From NCBI RefSeq assembly GCF_009914755.1, contig NC_060925.1: a stretch of DNA of 64,000 bases; one strand, given 5' to 3'. The translations under genes and the position numbers were made by a program. The stretch is from the human T2T-CHM13v2.0 reference genome, Homo sapiens. This document shows positions 56,766 to 64,000 of this stretch, piece by piece. Under the pieces are notes generated by a model. It made no database searches and was not told the origin of the DNA. It saw only the letters and a list, made by a program, of their open reading frames with translations. How positions within the stretch are numbered: the first letter of the stretch is position 1; the number at the start of each line of letters is the position of its first letter.

Positions 56766-58420
56766 TCATGGCTGCTGACTAGTCAGTGTGGTGGCTGCTG
56801 AAGCTTGGGGTGGCTCTGATAGTTCCTTAAAATACGACAATGAAACTTGCCACATCAATATATTCTTCCTTTCATGAAAGATTTCTCTGTAGCATTTGAT
56901 GCTGTTTGATAGCATTTCACCCACAGTAGAATTTCTTTCAGAATTGAAGTCAATTCTTTCAAAGCCTTTCAAAGCTTTATCAACTATGTTTATGTAATAT
57001 TCTACATCTATACTGTTTGTTGTCATATCAACAATGTTCACAACACATTCACCAGGAGTGGACTCCATCTCATTAAATTACTTTCTTTGCTCTCCTGTAA
57101 GAAGCACTTCTGTTCATGGTTTATCATGAGATTGCAGCAATTCAATCACAACTTCAGCCTCCACTTTTAATTCTAGTTATCTTTCTATTTCTAACATAGC
57201 TGCAGTTACTTCCTTCACTGAAGTCTTAAATCCTTCAGAGTCATTTATGAGGGTTGGTATCAGCTTCTTCAAACTCCTGTTAATGTTAATACTTTGACTT
57301 CTCTCCCTGAATCATAAATGTTCTTAATGACCTCTGGAATTGTGAATCTTTTCCGTAAGGTTTTCTATTTACTTAGCTCAGATTATTCAGAGGAATTACA
57401 ACCTATGGCAACCATAACTATAAAGTGTATGTCTTAAATAAGACTTGATGGTCAAAGTTACTCCTTGATCCATGGCCTGCAGAATAGATGCTGTATTAGT
57501 AGGCATGAAAACAACATGAATTTCCTTGTTCATCTCCATCAGTGCTTTTGTATTAACAGGTGCATTGTCAATGATCAGTAATAATTTTAAAGGAATCTTT
57601 TCTTTGTGAGCAGTAGTCTCAACAGTGGCCTTAAAATATTTAGTAAACCATACTGTAAACAGATGTGCTGTCATCCAGTCTTTGTTGTTTAATTTATAGA
57701 GCAAAAGGAGAGTAGAATTAGCATAATTTTTAGGGGCCCTAGGATTTCCAGAAAGATAAATAAGCATTGGCTTCAACTTAAAGTCATCAGCTGCATTAGT
57801 TCCTAACAAAAGAGTCAGCCTGTCCTTTGGAGCTTTGAAGCCAGGCATTGACTTCTTCTTTCTAGCTATGAAAGTCCTAGATGGTATATTCTTTCAATAG
57901 AAGCCTGTTTGTCTACACTGAACATTTGTTATTTAATGTAACCACTTTCATCAATGATATTGGCTAGATCTTCTGGATTTTTACTGCAGCATCACCATCA
58001 GACTCTGCTGCTTCACCTTACACTTTTATATCATGAAGATGACTTCTTTCCTTAAACCTCATGAACCAACAACATCTGCTAGCTTCAAAGTTTTGTTCTG
58101 CAGCTTCCCACCTCTATCAGCCTTCACAGAATTAAAGAGAGTTAGAGCCTTGCTCTGAATTAAACTTTGGCTTAAGGGACTGTTGTGACTGGTTTGATCT
58201 TCTCTCCAGACCTCTAAGACTTTCTCCTTGTGAGGAATAACTCTATTTCACTTTCTTATCATTTGTGTGTTCACTGAAGTAGCACTTCAAATTTCTTTCA
58301 ATAACTTTTCATTTCCATTTGCAACTTGGCTAACTCTTGGGTACAAGAGGTCTAGCTTTTGGCCTATCTTTGTTTTTGACATATTTTTTCACTATGTTTA
58401 ATCATTTCTAGGTTTTGATT
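56766..58420 (-). pseudogene. Tigger1 (pogo-family DDE) transposase remnant
   Basis: [35 protein letters not shown]...LLIIDNAP...VVFMP.NT.SILQ.MDQGV; fragmented by stops and frameshifts. Confidence 0.9.
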
Positions 58421-58423
58421 TAA

Positions 58424-58918
<495 letters not shown>

Positions 58919-59387
58919 AATATTTATTGAATTAGTTCACCATCTTATATGGCCACAGTTCATGGCACCCCAAAACAATCTTAATAGTAACAACATAGAT
59001 CACTGATCATAAATCACTATCACAGATATGATAATAATAAAAATGTTTGAAATATTGAAACAATTACCAAAATGTGACACAGTACATGCTGTTGGAAAAA
59101 TGTTGCCTACAGATTTGTTCAACACAGGGTTGCCACAAACCATAAATCTGCACAGTACATGATATCTGCAAAGCACAATAAAGTGAATCACGATAAAAGA
59201 GCATATACCTGTAATGACATATATCTACTACATAGTCTGATATGGAATATTTTTCACTGCCTTAGAAATACTCTGTTCTCTCCTTATTTATCCCTCTCTC
59301 TCCACTCCTTTCTGTCAACCCCTGATCTTTTTATTATCTCCGTAACTGTGTTTTTAATAAGGTCTTGCAGCTGAAATCACGCAGTTT

Positions 59388-59458
59388 GTAGCCTTTCCAG
59401 AGTGTATGCCTTTCCAGAGTGTACTTTCCAGAGTGTAGCCTTTCCAGAGTGTACTTTC
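59388..59458. repeat. Minisatellite, ~4.3 x (GC)CTTTCCAGAGTGTA
   Basis: Units start at 59391, 59408, 59424 and 59438. Confidence 0.9.
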
Positions 59459-61660
59459 TCTCAGTAACATGCATTTAAGTTTCTTTCATGTCTATTCAAT
59501 GCTTCATAGCTAACTTCATTTTAGTATTGAATAACATTCCATTGCCTGGATATACCACAGTTTATTTATTCATTTAGCTACCAAAGGGTGTCTTGGTTGC
59601 TTTAATGTTTTGGCAATTATAAATAAAGCTGCTCCACATGTCTATGTGCAAACATAACACACACAACACAACACAACTGTGCAAGGCCACAGTTGTTGAG
59701 TTGTGTGATAAGAATATGTATAGTTTTATACGAAACTGCCAAACACTCTTCCAAAATAGCAGTGCCAATATGCTTTCCCATTACTGTTTAATGAGAGTTC
59801 ATGTTTCTCCACATCCTTATAGCATTTTGTATTGTCAGTGTTTTAGATTTTGGCCATTCTATTTTGTATGTAACAATATCTCACTGGTGTTTTAATTTGC
59901 AATTTTTAAATAACATATGATGCCCCAAATCTTTTCACTGCTTACTTGCTACTTGTACGTCCCTAGTGAGGTGTCTGTGTCTGCTTGGGTCTTTTTCTCA
60001 TTTTTTAATCAGTTTGTTAATGGTCTTATTGTTGAGTTTTAGGAGTTCTTTGTGTATTTTGAATAAGATTTCTTTATCAGATATGCCTTTTGCAAATAAT
60101 GTCTCCTAGACTGCTGCTTGTCTTCTTTTTCTCTTGGTATTGTCTTTTGAAGAGAAGATTTTTCTTAATTTTAAGGAGCTCTAGGTGATTATGCCTTCTT
60201 TTCATGGATTGTGCATTTCATGGATTGTGCTTCTGAGGATGTGAAGCAACAGATACTGTCATTCATTTCTGGTTGGAAAGCAAATCAGTACTGCTCACTT
60301 AGTTTTTCTCCTGTGTCATCTTCTAGAAGTTTGATAGTTTTACATTTACATACAGTAGTCTATGATCTGTTTTGACTTAACTTTTTGAATGGTATAAGGT
60401 CTGTCTAGATTCATTTTCTTTGCGTGAATGTCTAATTTTTTCAGCACCATTCTTAAGACTATCTTTGCTTCATTGCATTGCCTTTACTGTTTTTTTCAAA
60501 GATCAATTGACTATATTTATTTTGGTCTATGTCTGGGATCTCTATTATGTTCCATTGATCTATTTGTCTCTATTTTCTCCAGTACCATACAGTGTTTATT
60601 ACTGTATGTTTATAGTAAGTCTTGAAGTGGAGAGTGTCAGTCCTCTAGCTTTGTTCTTCTCCTTCAATATTGGATTGTCTATTTCAGCTCTTTTGTCTCT
60701 CTATGTAAACTTTAGAAACATTTTATTGTTTTAAATTTAATCATGGTTATATTGAGTATATAGGTCATATTGGAAGGGATAAACATCTTGAAAATATCGA
60801 AATTTCCTATCTGTGAGAATGGAATATCTCCCCAATTATTTAGTTCTTCTTTAATATCTTTCACCAGAGTTTTATCATTTTCTTGATAAAGATCTTCTAC
60901 ATATTTTGTTAGATTTACATCTAAGTATTTCATTTTGGGGTGCTCACATAAATGGTAATTTCAAATTCCACTTGTTCATTATTGGTATATAAGAAAGCAA
61001 TTGACATTTGTGTATTGATCTGTATCCTCCAACTTTGCTATAATTGCTTATTAGTTCCACTAGCTTTTTGTTGATTCTTTCCACTTTTCTATACAGAAAA
61101 TAATGTCATCTGTGAACAAAGGCACTTTTATTTATTCCTTAAAAATCGGTATATCTTCTATTTCTTTTTTTATCTTATTGTATTAGTCATTATGTCATTA
61201 TGATATTGAAAAGCAGTGGTGAAAGGGAAGATTCTTGACATGTTCCTGATCTTAGTGGGAATACTTTGAGTTTGTCACCATTAAGTATGATATTAGCTAT
61301 AGGTTTTTTTGTAGATGTTCTTTATCAAGTTGTGAACATTATCCTCTATTCTTAATTTGCTGAAAGTTTTTATAATGAATCATGACTGGTATTGACTTTT
61401 GAAAAAAAAAATTTCTGCATCTATTGATATGTTCATGTGTTTTTTCTTCTTTAGCCTGTTGATATGATAGATTATGTTAACTGATTTTTGAGTATTGAAC
61501 CAGCCTTGAATACCTGGGATAAATAACCATTATCTTTTAAATTATTTTTAAAGATAATTAAGATTAAAGCCAGAAATCAATAATTCATGAAAAAGATACA
61601 ATGTATAAAGGGCATTGAGAAGTAGAATAAGACAGAGTTATTAAAACTAAAGCAACAATG

Positions 61661-62003
61661 GGTCGGGTATGGTGGCTCATGCCTGTAATCCCAGCACTTT
61701 GGGAGGCCAAGGGGGGCACATCATGAGGTCAGGAGTTCGAGACCAGCCTGACCAACATGGGGTGAAACCCTGTCTCTACTAAAAATACAAAAAAATTGGC
61801 TGGTCGTGATGCTGCGCACCTGTAATCCCAGCTACTCAGGAGGCTGAGGCAGGAGAATCGCTTGAATCCGGAAGGCAGAGGTTGCAGTAAGCCAAGATCA
61901 TGCCACTGCACTCCAGCCTAGGCGATAGAGTGAGACTCTGTCTCAAAAAAACAAAACAAAACAAACAAACAAAAAACAAAAAGCAAACAAGCAAACAAAA
62001 AAC
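61661..62003 (+). mobile_element. AluS (Sg-like) with long (CAAA)n tail
   Basis: Full Alu; CTAAAGCAACA on both flanks (61647-61657 and 62004-62014). Confidence 0.92.
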
Positions 62004-62619
62004 CTAAAGCAACAGATTATCCTGTTTTATAGGATAGCATGTGACAGTAAATAATATTAGTAATTCTTAATTATTTCAAGAGTATGCATGTGTGTACAAA
62101 CATGTATATACATGGGTATGTGTACATGTGTACATGCAAGTGTGTTTACATGTATATGTGTATATATGTTAACATAATTCATACTCTTTACTCATGACAG
62201 AAATTTTACTGTCTATACAGAGACTCGACAGTACTTATAGACTCAATGCCCCTTCTTTGAGAAAACACATATGCATACAAGTATTCAAGGACTTCTTGGA
62301 ATAAGCCTAAATTCTACCATGGCTGGAAAAACACATTGAAATCAATAAATCAAAGAATAATTCATTACATCATAGATCATAATTGGACACTAATAACAAT
62401 ACCTTGTCTCTGATTATTTTGGCAATCTTAATATACACACCAAATTATCAATTGGTTAAGGCACTTATTTTGTAAGTGAGGACAGTCTAAAGAATATGTT
62501 AAATAAGTAGCAATAGGTATATACATTTATACATGATAACATATTTATAAAGATTTTCTGTAATCTTTTGTCTCCAAACATTTCTGCAATTGGAGCTTAT
62601 GACTCAGAGAGATGTATTA

Positions 62620-62795
62620 AAAACAACACTAGACTGGCCTTTAGGTGACTTGTATCAGTCTTCCCTCTGAAACTTATGAGTCTTCTACTGAGTCACTTTC
62701 AGGCTTGGTTATCTCAAATGTAAAATAAGAAGATTGAATCTAATGATTCCTAAAACACTTCTATGTTGACTATTCAATAAGCTCATGATTCTGTG
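62620..62795 (+). mobile_element. MIR fragment
   Basis: gagtcactttc...tctcaaatgtaaaataagaagattgaa.ctaatga...catgattctgtg. Confidence 0.5.
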
Positions 62796-64000
62796 TAATT
62801 ACCCTCCCTCTCACACCTAATTCATTATGATGATTAAAAAAGCAAGTAGTATGGTGTCACAGATCCGGGTTCAAATAACAGCATTTATTTTGTAGAAAGT
62901 AGTGTCTTTTGTAGCAGACACATATTTATTAATTTTCTACATTTAGTTCATTTTGCTTTTCCCCCTCCCCAATGAAATTTAAATAATCTTCAAAGCAAAA
63001 CTGTAACAAGTGCACCAGTGTGGTATCTGTTATCTTTAAACCTACTTGAAAACAACAACCACAACAACAAAACACTAGTTGGTTTTTAGGAAAAATGAGG
63101 CAATTTTTTCCTTTCTTCTCACTGTGATCTTTGTGTATGCCTATGTATGTATCTATCTCCTCTCATTCTCTCCTAGAGAGCAAGAGACAATGTGCTTTTT
63201 ATTTTCTCTAATGATTTATTTACCTTCAACAATATACAGAATTCACTCTCTAAATTCACTTTATATCCATTCAAGTATTTTCCCCATTTTAAATAATATT
63301 TCAGGTGATATTGATCTGCTTGAATGATTTATATAAACCTTTGTACGTTGTGAATATATACTGTAAATTTATATCATGTTAACCAATTAAATATGGCCAA
63401 TCTTATTCAATCTAAAATAATAGACACTGAACACTTTGTCAAAAAGTTAATTTTTTATTATAATGTAATTAGAAAATGTATTTCAACTTACAAGACTTCT
63501 TTCAATAACATGTATTAATGATGACGATGTACATCATATTTAAAATGAAATTGATAAATGATTTAGTATTATTCAATTAGAATGATGCCACTGTAATCTA
63601 ACATTAATCCAAATTTTTCTTGATTTCCTGAATCCTCTCTTTAAAAAGTTAATTACTCAGTATTGACTTATTATCCTAATTAACTGTACACTAAATAATT
63701 TAAAGGACCTTAAAATAATTACCAGGCAAAGAGTTTGCATAATTGGTCACAATTTATGGACAATAATTATTGTTATTTTTTTAATGATAACTTGATATAT
63801 GCAGTAGAAAAAGCTGGAATGAGCAGAGTTTTATCATATATTCCCTCCAGTCCAAGAAAATAGCCTATGAAGTTAAGGAGGCATATTCTTTCATTCAGAC
63901 CACAGGGGTACTATTTTAATAAATTGCCACTTCAATGTGCAAAATAATGCCCCAATGGACTGGAAGCGAAGACTTGCTTCTGAAAGTCTAATTTGCACTA

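Noticed and set aside
57396-57848. TIGD1-like domesticated gene
   Set aside because: Broken reading frame inside an ordinary Tigger1 copy.

Overview
Primate, almost certainly human, AT-rich intronic or intergenic DNA. An AluYa5 supports human origin. No intact host protein-coding gene, rRNA, tRNA or CRISPR array is visible, and I cannot name the locus. Roughly half the window is transposon-derived. The main element is a full-length but inactivated L1PA3/L1PA2-type LINE-1 (6280-12606, 18-bp TSD) that landed in an ancient L1 ORF2 fragment and itself carries an AluYa5 in ORF1. Other elements: a 5'-truncated L1PA7-like copy that splits a MER2 and appears to carry a ~190-bp 3' transduction; a twin-primed (5'-inverted) L1MA; a near-full-length Tigger1 nested in an L1MC and interrupted by an Alu; nine Alus in total; L2, MIR and MER relics; MADE1 hairpins; and microsatellites. 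The unique DNA holds several splice-signal-bounded candidate exons, mostly on the minus strand (one contains a 31-aa smORF in a perfect Kozak context), and some TF-motif-rich stretches. I found no convincing new biological system. The best leads are retrotransposition footprints and a speculative L1 antisense ORF0 fusion or minus-strand lncRNA. Repeat subfamily calls come from my memory of consensus sequences and need RepeatMasker/Dfam confirmation.
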